Shown: in pieces, positions 18,291 to 27,408 of the stretch
Layout: each line of letters starts with the position of its first letter
Position numbering within the stretch: position 1 is the stretch's first letter
Assembly: GCA_000025185.1 (NCBI GenBank)
Contig: CP001848.1
Location: 4,890,001 to 4,922,000, forward strand
Direction: 5' to 3'
From: Pirellula staleyi DSM 6068
GTDB taxonomy: Bacteria; Planctomycetota; Planctomycetia; Pirellulales; Pirellulaceae
Length of the DNA stretch: 32,000 nucleotides
Notes under the pieces: generated by a model
Seen by the model: the letters and a program-made list of their open reading frames with translations, nothing else
Database searches by the model: none
What the model was told of the DNA's origin: nothing
Translations under genes and position numbers: made by a program

Positions 18291-19742
18291 ATGAATCAAT
18301 TATTTGACGACTTCTGGCCACTTTTTGTCGCGGTAGCACACACGCTGATCATCGCGGTGGCATCATCGCATGTTGTGCTCACCAAGCGCGACAACCGAAG
18401 CGCGATCGGATGGGTCGGCATCATCTGGCTCACCCCCTTCTTGGGCGCGATGCTCTACTATCTGTTCGGCATCAACCGCATTCATCGCGTCGCTAAACGA
18501 CTCCGCGAAGGTCAAGAACCGACTCGTACCGGCTGGCAAGCGTCGGCCGCTTCGCAGTCCGAAGTGCTGGCGATTCTCGCCGAAGAGAATGAGAGCCTGC
18601 GGGCACTTGTCAGCTTCATCGGCAAAGTGACCGACTTGCCGCTGCTGCCAGGGAATCGTATTACTCCCTTAAAAGATGGCGATATTGCCTACGCTGCCAT
18701 GCTTTCCGCGATTGCGAAGGCCCAAAGATCGATCTCGCTAGCGACCTACATTTTCGACAACGACGAAGTGGGACGCGAGTTTGCAGATGCCCTCGCCGCT
18801 GCTCAACAACGGGGGGTGCAAGTTCGGGTGCTGATCGATAGCGTAGGAACGCGCTACACCTGGCCAAGCATTCTCTCGCACCTCCGAAAACTCGAGGTGC
18901 GACATGCCGTGTTCTTGCCCACACTCATCCCTTGGCAACTCCACTACACCAACTTGCGAAACCACCGCAAAATTTTGGTGATCGATGGCAAACTCGGCTT
19001 CACCGGTGGCATGAATATTCGCCAAGGCCATCGCAAAACCAATCCGGGACACCACCCAGTACAAGACCTTCATTTTCAAGTTGAAGGTCCCGTGGTCGCT
19101 CATCTGCAAGAGACTTTTGCGCACGACTGGGAGTTCACCACGAACGAAGTGATTGGTGGAGATCTTTGGTTCCCGCAAATTCCCAAAGCAGGCCCGGCGC
19201 TCTGTCGCGGCATCTCCGATGGCCCCGAACTCTCGTTCGATAAACTTCAGCTAACGCTGCAAGGAGCGATCGACTGCGCGCGGCATCGCATTGTGATCAT
19301 GACACCTTATTTCCTACCCGAATTGCCGCTGATTACAGCCCTGGTGGTGGCGGCGCTGCGTGGCGTGCAGGTGCAGATTCTTTTGCCCGAGAAGAATAAC
19401 CTGCGATTGGTGCAATGGGCCTCGACGGCGCTGCTGTGGCAAGTGCTGCAGCATGGTTGCCGCGTCTATTTAACTCCACAGCCGTTCGATCACACGAAGC
19501 TGGTGCTGGTCGACAATTGCTGGTCGATGTTCGGTTCAGCCAACTGGGACCCACGTTCGCTGCGGCTGAATTTCGAGATGAATATCGAATGCTACGACGA
19601 CACACTGGCCGATGATCTCGCGCAGCTGGTGGCAGACAAACTCGCGCGATCGCGCGAAATCACCTTGAAAGATGTCGATTCTCGGCCGATTTGGATGCGG
19701 CTTCGGGACGGCATTGCGCGCTTGGCACAGCCGTACTTATAA
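18291..19742 (+). CDS. cls: Cardiolipin synthase (phospholipase D superfamily, two HKD motifs)
   Basis: The start is the ATG at 18291 (MNQLFDDFWPLFVAVAHTLIIAV; two N-terminal TM helices). HKD motif 1 is NHRKILVIDGKLGFTGGMNI. HKD motif 2 is HTKLVLVDNCWSMFGSANWDPRS. Confidence 0.9.
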   Translation: MNQLFDDFWPLFVAVAHTLIIAVASSHVVLTKRDNRSAIGWVGIIWLTPFLGAMLYYLFGINRIHRVAKRLREGQEPTRTGWQASAASQSEVLAILAEENESLRALVSFIGKVTDLPLLPGNRITPLKDGDIAYAAMLSAIAKAQRSISLATYIFDNDEVGREFADALAAAQQRGVQVRVLIDSVGTRYTWPSILSHLRKLEVRHAVFLPTLIPWQLHYTNLRNHRKILVIDGKLGFTGGMNIRQGHRKTNPGHHPVQDLHFQVEGPVVAHLQETFAHDWEFTTNEVIGGDLWFPQIPKAGPALCRGISDGPELSFDKLQLTLQGAIDCARHRIVIMTPYFLPELPLITALVVAALRGVQVQILLPEKNNLRLVQWASTALLWQVLQHGCRVYLTPQPFDHTKLVLVDNCWSMFGSANWDPRSLRLNFEMNIECYDDTLADDLAQLVADKLARSREITLKDVDSRPIWMRLRDGIARLAQPYL

Positions 19743-19758
19743 GAGCGACGAGGCGAAC

Positions 19759-20847
19759 TTATTTCTTACCGGCAGCCGCAGGCGCCGGTGCAGGTGTCGC
19801 AGGCGTGGGGGGCGGTGCTGCGGCAGCAGGAACTGCAATCGACTGCTCGATGCGCACAGCTTTGTGCCCCTTGAGCGCGCCGCAACTGGCCTGAAACTTT
19901 GCCATCCCTTGCACGGCAATCTCGAGCGGCGTGCGAATATCTTTGTCGGTCGTGATGATATCGCCGACGCGCAAGCCAATCATATCGCCAGTGGTAATCG
20001 TGGTCTCGGCCAGCGTGACCACCAGTTCCACCTTCGATTGATCGAGCCGTTTGCTGATCTGCGCGATCGACTGGGGTGTCGCTCCCCCTTTGCCGTAAGC
20101 CACCCAGTTGTTCGACGTCAGTTTACTGCCGATGCGCTCAATCGAGTTGAACGGAATGCACAGGTTAATCATCCCGCGCACATCGTTCAGTGTGAGCTCA
20201 AAACTGATGAGCACCACCACTTCGTTCGGCGGGACGATTTGCACGAGCTGTGGATTGCTCTCGACCCGATCCACGGAGAGCTTCAGCGGCAGCACACCTT
20301 CCCACGCATGCTTCAGCTCCTGCAGGAACAAATGGGTGATGCGTGAAACGAGTCGAAGCTCGATTTCGGTGAGTGGACGTCGCGCCACAGGGCCAGCTTC
20401 TTTGCCACCTCCGAGCAATCGATCGATGATCGGGTAGAGGATCGACGGGTTGATGTCGAGGATCAGATTCCCCTCGAGTGGCTCAGCCCGGAGCAGGTTG
20501 AAGCAGGTTGGATTTTCGAGGCTGAAGACGAACTCGCTGTAGGTCAGCTGATCAACGCTCGTGAGCTTGACTTCAACGATCGAGCGCAAGAGCGCCGAGA
20601 GGGCAGCGCCAAAGTTGCGTCCAAAACCTTCGTGCAAGCTCTGCAGAGCCCGCATCTGTTCTTTGCCGACACGTTCTGGACGTTTGAAGTCGTAGGGTGT
20701 CACCTTCTCGCGCGTTCGAATCGCTCCCTTGCTCGGAGGCGCAACGCTGGCGGTCGAGATAGCGGCAGAAGAGGTGCGCGGACCGCTCGCTTCCATTGCG
20801 GAGAGCAAGCTTTCTACTTCTGCCTGACTCAGTACTTCGTCTGCCAT
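19759..20847 (-). CDS. fliM: Flagellar motor switch protein FliM
   Basis: The N-terminal peptide MADEVLSQAEVESLL is of the CheY-P-binding type. The middle domain has PYDFKRPERV...LQSLHEGFGRNFGAALS and RLLGGG. A C-terminal FliN-like SpoA domain is present (GDMIGLRVGDIITTD). The protein ends in a Pro/Ala-rich tail. Confidence 0.9.
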   Translation of the reverse strand: MADEVLSQAEVESLLSAMEASGPRTSSAAISTASVAPPSKGAIRTREKVTPYDFKRPERVGKEQMRALQSLHEGFGRNFGAALSALLRSIVEVKLTSVDQLTYSEFVFSLENPTCFNLLRAEPLEGNLILDINPSILYPIIDRLLGGGKEAGPVARRPLTEIELRLVSRITHLFLQELKHAWEGVLPLKLSVDRVESNPQLVQIVPPNEVVVLISFELTLNDVRGMINLCIPFNSIERIGSKLTSNNWVAYGKGGATPQSIAQISKRLDQSKVELVVTLAETTITTGDMIGLRVGDIITTDKDIRTPLEIAVQGMAKFQASCGALKGHKAVRIEQSIAVPAAAAPPPTPATPAPAPAAAGKK

Positions 20848-20924
20848 GACGTACTCGTCCTCATCCGTGAAGCGACGCGATCAACCTTGGCCAAAAAAAC
20901 TAAAGAAAACGCTAGTTTGGCGGG

Positions 20925-22199
20925 CTATTCGCGAATCTGTCCTTCGCCATAAACGACATACTTGTAGGTCGTGAGTTCTTTAAGACCACACGGCCCACGC
21001 GCGTGAAACTTGTCGGTGCTGATGCCGATTTCGGCCCCCAGGCCGAACTGAAAACCATCGTTGAAACGGGTGCTCGCGTTGATCATCACAGCCGCGCTAT
21101 CCACCTCGACAGCAAACTTACGACTCGCCGCCAAATCGCGCGTGATAATCGCGTCGGTATGCTTCGAGCCGTAGTGATTGATATGCTCGATCGCTGCCTC
21201 GAGCGAAGCGACCACTTTGATCGAAATGATCGGGCCGAGATACTCGGTGAAGAAGTCTTCGTCGGTCGCCGGTTTGGCAGTCGGCACGATTTGGCGAGTC
21301 GCTTCACAGCCCCGCAGTTCGATCCCACGGTCGGTCAAGGCTGGGGCGATCATCGGGAGGAAAGCGGCCGCAACATCCTGATGCACCAGCAGCGACTCGG
21401 CTGCGTTGCAAACACCGAGGCGATGGCACTTCGAATTGATGGTCACTTTTGTGGCAATCGCCAGGTCGGCGTATTGGTCGACATAGACGTGACAATTGCC
21501 GTTGAAGTGCTTGATGACCGGCATGCGAGCTTCTTCCACCACGCGGCGAATCAGCCCTTCGCCACCGCGAGGAATAGCGACATCGATCTCGCCATCGAGC
21601 TTCAAAAAATGTCCGACAGCGGCGCGATCGGTGGTGTCGACTAGCTGCAAAGCGCCAGCGGGAATTCCGGTTCGATCAGCAACTTCCACCAGGATCGAAA
21701 CGATGGCCTGACTCGAGTGGAGCGCTTCTTTGCCCCCTCGTAAAATGACGGCATTGCCGCTCTTGAGGCAGATGGCAGCGGCGTCGGCTGTGACGTTCGG
21801 GCGCGATTCGTAGATGAAGAAAACAACACCGAGTGGACAACGTACTTTTTGCACATCGATGCCGCTCGGGCGAATCGACGACTCAATGATCTCGCCGAGG
21901 GGATCGGGAAGTGCTGCAACCTGCTCGAGGCCGATGGCGATATCTTCAATGCGTGCGGGGGTGAGCTTCAAGCGATCGATGGCGGCGTCGGTCAGGCCGT
22001 AACTGGGTGCGGCTGCGAGGTCGAGTTGGTTGGCGGCGAGGATCGGTTCGATCGACGCGCGAAGCGCCGCTGCTGACTCACGGAGCCAGTGGTTGCGGAC
22101 TGCGCCCGAAACAGCAGCCAGAGCGCGCGAGGCGCGTTTGGCCTTTCGCGCCGTCTCGAGGCAGTAACTCGCCAAATCGACTTGCTCTGCAATGGCCAT
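20925..22199 (-). CDS. proA: Glutamate-5-semialdehyde dehydrogenase (gamma-glutamyl phosphate reductase)
   Basis: [63 protein letters not shown] and [17 protein letters not shown] are present over a 424-aa ORF. Confidence 0.95.
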   Translation of the reverse strand: MAIAEQVDLASYCLETARKAKRASRALAAVSGAVRNHWLRESAAALRASIEPILAANQLDLAAAPSYGLTDAAIDRLKLTPARIEDIAIGLEQVAALPDPLGEIIESSIRPSGIDVQKVRCPLGVVFFIYESRPNVTADAAAICLKSGNAVILRGGKEALHSSQAIVSILVEVADRTGIPAGALQLVDTTDRAAVGHFLKLDGEIDVAIPRGGEGLIRRVVEEARMPVIKHFNGNCHVYVDQYADLAIATKVTINSKCHRLGVCNAAESLLVHQDVAAAFLPMIAPALTDRGIELRGCEATRQIVPTAKPATDEDFFTEYLGPIISIKVVASLEAAIEHINHYGSKHTDAIITRDLAASRKFAVEVDSAAVMINASTRFNDGFQFGLGAEIGISTDKFHARGPCGLKELTTYKYVVYGEGQIRE

Positions 22200-22789
22200 G
22201 AAATCTCACCAGCGTGTTTCAGTTTCAGTTACCGCGACGCTTTGCTCGAGCAGGTGCTAGCTCGTGCTCGCCAAAGTCACGTCGGGATGTCTTGAGGTTC
22301 GCGCTCCCCGGCAGCGGCTACGGAGCGTAAACCGAGAGGCAGCTTCGATCTAACTCTCATGATCGGCTACGTGCGAGTATTCCCGTAATTGCCAAAATCG
22401 TCAATGTCGCTCCACTCGCTAGCAACCCGCATGAATTATCAATTTCGAGGTTCCCAGGGCAAGGCTTGAACCACGTGGTGACAAGCGGCGTACGAGAGTG
22501 AGAAGCCCCCAGCTGAGACACTACAATCGGCTGTGATCGCGCCAGGACGCGCATGTCGAGTAAGTTGCCAAATTGGCACACCCTTTCTAGCAGTCACGAG
22601 GCGAACTTCGGCGCTGGTTTGAACCAGTCGTAAGGATTGATCGCTTCGAGGTTTACGCTGCTTTTTTTGACCACGGGCAGAACGTGTTCTATATTCACTG
22701 TTGGTCGTTCTTAGGTTTGTCCTAACGAGCGAGAAGTGAGTCGGTTACGGCGACTGATCGAGGTGTCGGGCAAGGCAAAATAAACAGCC

Positions 22790-22848
22790 TTCGCCAGGTG
22801 CCACTCCGATCGATCAAAATCGCCCGATCGGCCAATTGCCCTGGCGAA
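22790..22848. other. Nested helix inside the proA / S41-protease divergent region
   Basis: The outer 9-bp stem is ttcgccagg (22790-22798) with cctggcgaa (22840-22848). The inner 7-bp stem is ccgatcg (22806-22812) with cgatcgg (22825-22831). The function and the transcribed strand are unknown. Confidence 0.4.
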
Positions 22849-23185
22849 AAATGGACCACAAGCAACGGGAAACTCCGCCCCGAAGCTAACCCAGTTTCTT
22901 CGCACTTTCTGCCAAACTCCCCGGCGGAAAGCAGGCAATTGCTGGCAAGCGAGCTGCTATCACACGATCAGCGGCCCGCGAGACCAGAAACTCTCGTCCG
23001 GCTCAGGGCAGGCATCTAGGAGCGGCTCAAGCGCCCCTATTTCCTGAAACGATGCCCGCCTCCCCTTGGCTGGACGCTTCGCCCACGAGACCTCTGCTGC
23101 TTTCATCCGAACACAGCCGAGTCCTCCTCTGAGCGTTTCGTTTTCCGCAGGGTAGTTCGAGGCATCGCCCCGGCGAGATGCTTCG

Positions 23186-24907
23186 ATGAAACGACGCGAA
23201 CCTGCAAGTCTCCGCGACCTTTCGCTAGCGAGCGTTCGGCAATCTTTTGCTACGTCTCGATGGGCTTTTGCTACGGCTCGTTGGGCCCTCCTGTCGCTCG
23301 CTACCACCGCGAGTTTGCTCGCCACCTTCTCGGCCCCGCAAGTCGCTTATGCACAAGCGCCGCTGGCCGGTGCACCAGTTGCGACCTCGGTCGACGATGT
23401 TGCTCGCGTTCTCGAACAAGGGGCTGTGCTCGAGCGCGATCGTCGCTGGGCAGAAGCCATGAATCATTACGAGTCGGCCCTCAAACTTCATCCCGGCCGC
23501 CCCGATCTCGTCGAAAAGCTTTCATTGGCCCGGGCTCACTACGATGTTTCGCGACGCTATAGCGATGCGAGCTTCACGGGAGCTATCCGCACCTTCACCG
23601 AGCGAGATTCGCTCGCCGTCCTCGAGGAAGTGCTCGAAAAAGTTCACCTGCATTACGTCACCCCTCCCAACTGGCAGCAGGTGCTGACGAGCGGTTCGCT
23701 CAATCTGGAAGTCGCTTTGACCGAGCCCGATTTTCTGAAACACAACAATCAAAATCTCACGGCCGAGCAGCGCGACTGGCTTTCGGCTGAGTCGCGTCGT
23801 CTGGCCAGTGCAGCTCCGATTCAAGATCGCAAGCAGTTGCTTACGGCGATTGCAGCACTAGCCGAAGCGAGCGAACGTCGCACCGGCGTTGCCGCGTCGG
23901 CAGTCGTGATGGAATACACCAGCGGTGCCACGGCGATGCTCGACGAATACTCGAGTTTCCTGACTGGCCAGCAGATGGACGAAGTTTTCTCGCAGATCGA
24001 GGGGAATTTTGTCGGTCTTGGCGTCGAACTGAAGACCGAGCCACAAGGTCTGCTGATCATCAACGTCATTCCAGGCGGACCAGCTGAACAAGGTGGCATC
24101 CGTCCGCAAGACCGAATCGTGGAAGTCGATCAGTACACGACGCAAAACGCGACTCCCGATCAACTTGCCGACCTCCTACGCGGAGCTGAAGGCTCGATGG
24201 TTCGAGTCGTGCTGCAAGCCCCCGACATGCGGCTGCGTGAGTTGAAACTAACCCGCAAGCGGGTGGAAGTTCCAAGCGTCGACGAAATCAAAATGCTCGA
24301 CACCGATCGTGGTGTGGGCTATTTCCGTATCACCAGTTTTCAGAAGACCACCAGCCGCGATGTCGATGCTGCTCTCTGGAAGCTGCACGATCAAGGGATG
24401 CGTTCTCTCGTGATTGACCTGCGTGGCAATCCTGGCGGACTTCTCAAAGCGTCAGTCGATGTGGCTGATAAGTTTGTGATGGACGGTCTGATCGTCGCCA
24501 CCCGAGGCCGCAGTGCTCGCGAAGATTTCGATCACAAAGGCCAAGTGGTGGGAACTTGGCGAGTTCCGCTGGTGCTGCTGATCGATGGCGACTCCGCATC
24601 GGCCAGCGAAATTCTCGCCGGGGCGATTCGCGACCATCGTCGTGGCACTGTCGTCGGGGAAACGAGCTACGGCAAAGGTTCAGTTCAAGGTATTTTCCCT
24701 CTCGCGAGTGCCAATGTGGGTGTCCGTTTGACAACCGCCAAGTGGTACACCCCGAGTGGTCAAGCGATCAGCGGCCAAGGTGTGCAGCCCGATATCACCG
24801 TTCGCACCACCGCCAAGCCTGCCAACGGCAAGCTCCTGCCGATCTCGGAAGATGCGATGCTGCGGGCAGCTCTGCAAGTCGCTCGCTCGCAAGCGAAGGC
24901 TCCGTAG
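23186..24907 (+). CDS. S41 family C-terminal processing peptidase (Ctp/Prc-like) with N-terminal helical-repeat region and PDZ domain
   Basis: A signal peptide ends ...LLATFSAPQVAYAQ. The PDZ domain is GLGVELKTEPQGLLIINVIPGGPAEQGGIRPQDRIVEVD. S41 core strings are LVIDLRGNPGGLL and VLLIDGDSASASEILAGAIRDHRRGTVVGETSYGKGSVQ. Confidence 0.9.
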   Translation: MKRREPASLRDLSLASVRQSFATSRWAFATARWALLSLATTASLLATFSAPQVAYAQAPLAGAPVATSVDDVARVLEQGAVLERDRRWAEAMNHYESALKLHPGRPDLVEKLSLARAHYDVSRRYSDASFTGAIRTFTERDSLAVLEEVLEKVHLHYVTPPNWQQVLTSGSLNLEVALTEPDFLKHNNQNLTAEQRDWLSAESRRLASAAPIQDRKQLLTAIAALAEASERRTGVAASAVVMEYTSGATAMLDEYSSFLTGQQMDEVFSQIEGNFVGLGVELKTEPQGLLIINVIPGGPAEQGGIRPQDRIVEVDQYTTQNATPDQLADLLRGAEGSMVRVVLQAPDMRLRELKLTRKRVEVPSVDEIKMLDTDRGVGYFRITSFQKTTSRDVDAALWKLHDQGMRSLVIDLRGNPGGLLKASVDVADKFVMDGLIVATRGRSAREDFDHKGQVVGTWRVPLVLLIDGDSASASEILAGAIRDHRRGTVVGETSYGKGSVQGIFPLASANVGVRLTTAKWYTPSGQAISGQGVQPDITVRTTAKPANGKLLPISEDAMLRAALQVARSQAKAP

Positions 24908-25006
24908 TCCCGGCAGCTGAGGCTGCAACTTGCACAGCGTGCATTCAATCTCGTTACACTCGTGGAGTGAATCGCTTCTCCCTTCACCCACTTCCACGAG
25001 TTTGCG

Positions 25007-26296
25007 ATGACTGGCGAAAACGAATCTCGACTCCAGTCGCCCACCAAAGTTCCGCGCCTTAGTCTCGCGGCACTTGCTCCTGGTCTGCTCCTCGCAGCAA
25101 CCGGCGTCGGAGCAGGGGATCTGGCCACTGGCGCGATGGCTGGCAGTAAGCTCGGCACCACGGTTCTGTGGGCCGTGGTGGTGGCCGCCGTGCTGAAGTA
25201 CTTCGTCAATGAAGGGCTCGCTCGCTGGCAACTTGCCACCGGCAGCACGATGCTCGAAGGGCTTGCTCAGCGGGTTGGCAAGATCACCATCTGGCTCTTC
25301 ATGCCCTATCTCCTGTTCTGGAGTTTTTTCGTAGCGGTCGCGCTCATGGGAGCCTGCGGCGCTGCGATGAATGCGATGCTTCCCTGGCCAGGCGACGATC
25401 CCCAGAAGTCGGCGCAAATCGGCCGCGTGGTCTACGGCGTGCTCCATAGTTTGGTGGCAGTTGCGCTCATTCGTGTCGGCGGCTTTGTATGGTTCGAGCG
25501 TGTGATGAGCCTGCTTGTGGGGCTGATGTTTTGCATCGTCATCGGCACGGCGCTCGCCATTGGTCCCGAGTGGAGCGAGGTGCTTCGGGGACTCGTGTGG
25601 CCCACCATTCCGCACGCAGATGGCGATGGACTCAGCTGGACACTCGCCCTGGTGGGTGGCATCGGCGGCACCGTCACGATCCTTTGCTATAGCTACTGGA
25701 TGCGCGAAGATGGCCGCGAGGGAAAAGCTTGGCTCGCGACCTGTCGCGCCGATCTGGCGAGTGGCTACGGCGTGACAGCCGCGTTTGGCATCGCAATGGT
25801 AATTATTGGAAGCGAGTTCCTGTCGCTCGAGGGAGACGTCAGCAAAGGGACCCGTTTTCTGGCGGGGCTCGGTAAAGAAATCGAGTCGCGACTCGGGGCG
25901 ATCGGCTGGTATTGCCGCTGGGGGTTTTTGCTCGGAGCCTGGAGCGCCGTGTTCACCAGCATGCTCGGGGTTTGGCAAAGCGTCCCGAAAATTTTTGGGG
26001 AATGCCACGGACTCCTGCGTCCCGAAAGTCGCGATTCCGCATGGGGCGAGTGGATCTACGGGCTGCTCTTGGCCAGCGTTCCAGCGGTGGGGCTGTTTGT
26101 CGATTTCACGTCGATGCAAAAGACGTATAGCGTGGTGGGAGCGATGTTTGTCCCGCTGGCGGCTGCAGTGCTGCTGTATATGAATCGTCGCGCCGATTGG
26201 GTGGGGACACTTCGCAGTTCGCTCGTCACCCAAGTGATTTTGGCCCTCGCGCTCCTCGCTTTTTTCGTCGCCGGGGTCTACGAAGCGATCAGCTGA
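25007..26296 (+). CDS. Nramp-fold (COG1914-like) divalent cation transporter homologue with non-canonical binding-site residues
   Basis: 429 aa with about 11 TM helices. [35 protein letters not shown] aligns by eye with the Nramp TM1 region. [15 protein letters not shown] aligns by eye with the TM6 region. The 517-aa antisense ORF 24680..26233 is rejected. Confidence 0.7.
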   Translation: MTGENESRLQSPTKVPRLSLAALAPGLLLAATGVGAGDLATGAMAGSKLGTTVLWAVVVAAVLKYFVNEGLARWQLATGSTMLEGLAQRVGKITIWLFMPYLLFWSFFVAVALMGACGAAMNAMLPWPGDDPQKSAQIGRVVYGVLHSLVAVALIRVGGFVWFERVMSLLVGLMFCIVIGTALAIGPEWSEVLRGLVWPTIPHADGDGLSWTLALVGGIGGTVTILCYSYWMREDGREGKAWLATCRADLASGYGVTAAFGIAMVIIGSEFLSLEGDVSKGTRFLAGLGKEIESRLGAIGWYCRWGFLLGAWSAVFTSMLGVWQSVPKIFGECHGLLRPESRDSAWGEWIYGLLLASVPAVGLFVDFTSMQKTYSVVGAMFVPLAAAVLLYMNRRADWVGTLRSSLVTQVILALALLAFFVAGVYEAIS

Positions 26297-26360
26297 GCGG
26301 CAGCAGCGACGTCGACGCGTCCTACACGCCCCTGGACTGGGGCTCTATAATCTCGGCACT

Positions 26361-27395
26361 ATGAGCAGTCGCGCCGAGACACCTGTCATCCAGATCCAAG
26401 GTCTGTCGAAATCGTATCGGGTCTACCAAAAGCCAGAAGGGCTGTGGGCTTCGATTCGGGGGCTCGTTTCGCGCAAGTATCGCGAAGTGAATGCCGTTCG
26501 AGGCGTGAACCTGGAAGTCGAGCGTGGGGAGTTCGTCGCGTTCCTCGGCCCCAATGGTGCTGGCAAGACGACCACGCTAAAACTGCTGTCGGGCGTCGTT
26601 TATCCCACGAGCGGCAGCGCAACGGTGATGGGCTATGTGCCATGGCAACGCCACATGGCCTATCGCCGCAAATTTGCCCTAGTAATGGGTCAAAAAAATC
26701 AGCTCTGGTGGGATCTTCCCGCGCAAGAATCGTTCCGCTTGCATCAGCAGATCTATCGGATCGAGAAGCGCGACTACGATCAAACGCTCGGCGAACTTTC
26801 CGAACTGCTCGAGATCGGCCGTTTGCTGTCGCAGCCGGTGCGCGAGCTTTCGCTCGGCGAGCGGATGAAAATGGAACTTACCGCCGCGCTGCTTCATTCG
26901 CCCGAAGTGCTGTTTCTCGACGAACCGACAATCGGGCTCGACGTGGTGGCTCAGCACCGGATTCAGCAGTTCCTACGCGAGTATCAAGCCAAACGCAAAA
27001 TCACGGTGCTACTCACGTCGCACTACATGAAAGATGTCGCTGCGCTCTGCAAGCGAGTAGTGATCATCGCTCGTGGCGAGATTCGATACGACGGATCGCT
27101 CAGCGGCATTATCGATCGGTTCAGCGGACAAAAGCTCGTCACGCTGCTGCTGCCAACCATCACCGACGCTGCTCCGCTCGCTCGTTTTGGCGAGATCGTG
27201 AGTGTCGAGCTACCGAAGGTGAAAATCCGGATCGAGCGATCGCAAGTTGCCAAGTGTCTTGCAGAAATCTTGGCCCAATATCCGGCCGATGATGTGGCGG
27301 TCGAAGATCCTCCACTCGAAGAAGTGATTGCCGAGCTCTTCACCGAAGTGGCCGACAAACAGAACGCCGAAGAAGTCGCCGCCGCTGCCAAGTAA
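26361..27395 (+). CDS. ABC transporter ATP-binding protein (COG4586-like, ABC-2 subfamily ATPase)
   Basis: Walker A is [17 protein letters not shown]. The signature motif is [11 protein letters not shown]. Walker B is [12 protein letters not shown], with H-loop TSHYM. A TATAAT hexamer lies at 26347-26352, 8 nt upstream of the ATG. Confidence 0.9.
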   Translation: MSSRAETPVIQIQGLSKSYRVYQKPEGLWASIRGLVSRKYREVNAVRGVNLEVERGEFVAFLGPNGAGKTTTLKLLSGVVYPTSGSATVMGYVPWQRHMAYRRKFALVMGQKNQLWWDLPAQESFRLHQQIYRIEKRDYDQTLGELSELLEIGRLLSQPVRELSLGERMKMELTAALLHSPEVLFLDEPTIGLDVVAQHRIQQFLREYQAKRKITVLLTSHYMKDVAALCKRVVIIARGEIRYDGSLSGIIDRFSGQKLVTLLLPTITDAAPLARFGEIVSVELPKVKIRIERSQVAKCLAEILAQYPADDVAVEDPPLEEVIAELFTEVADKQNAEEVAAAAK

Positions 27396-27408
27396 AGCTC
27401 ACGCCGCT

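Noticed and set aside
22640-22668. The T7 run as an intrinsic terminator
   Set aside because: No GC-rich stem immediately precedes the T-run. The sequence cgctgc has no upstream gcagcg partner, and ggtttacgc has no complement nearby. It therefore does not fit a canonical rho-independent terminator on the plus strand, and on the minus strand it is an A-run.
22200-23185. Possible RNase P RNA, tmRNA, SRP RNA or tRNA in the long proA-protease spacer
   Set aside because: I scanned both strands by eye for the universally conserved strings: GAGGAAAGTCCGG and ACAGAACCCGGCTTA for RNase P, a GGTTCGAATCC-type T-arm plus CCA end for tmRNA/tRNA, and GGAAGCAGCC for SRP. None was found. An Rfam scan is still needed for less conserved families.
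24908-25006. Possible Mn-sensing (yybP-ykoY) riboswitch upstream of the Nramp-like gene
   Set aside because: Only three short 5-bp hairpins are present. The conserved yybP-ykoY core strings, as I recall them, are absent, and the spacer is only ~100 nt.
24680-26233. 517-aa ORF on the minus strand
   Set aside because: It is fully antisense to the Nramp-like gene. The product is rich in Arg, Pro, Gly and His with no motif or hydrophobic pattern. This is a typical long antisense ORF of a GC-rich genome, while the plus-strand frame has clear TM periodicity and family motifs.
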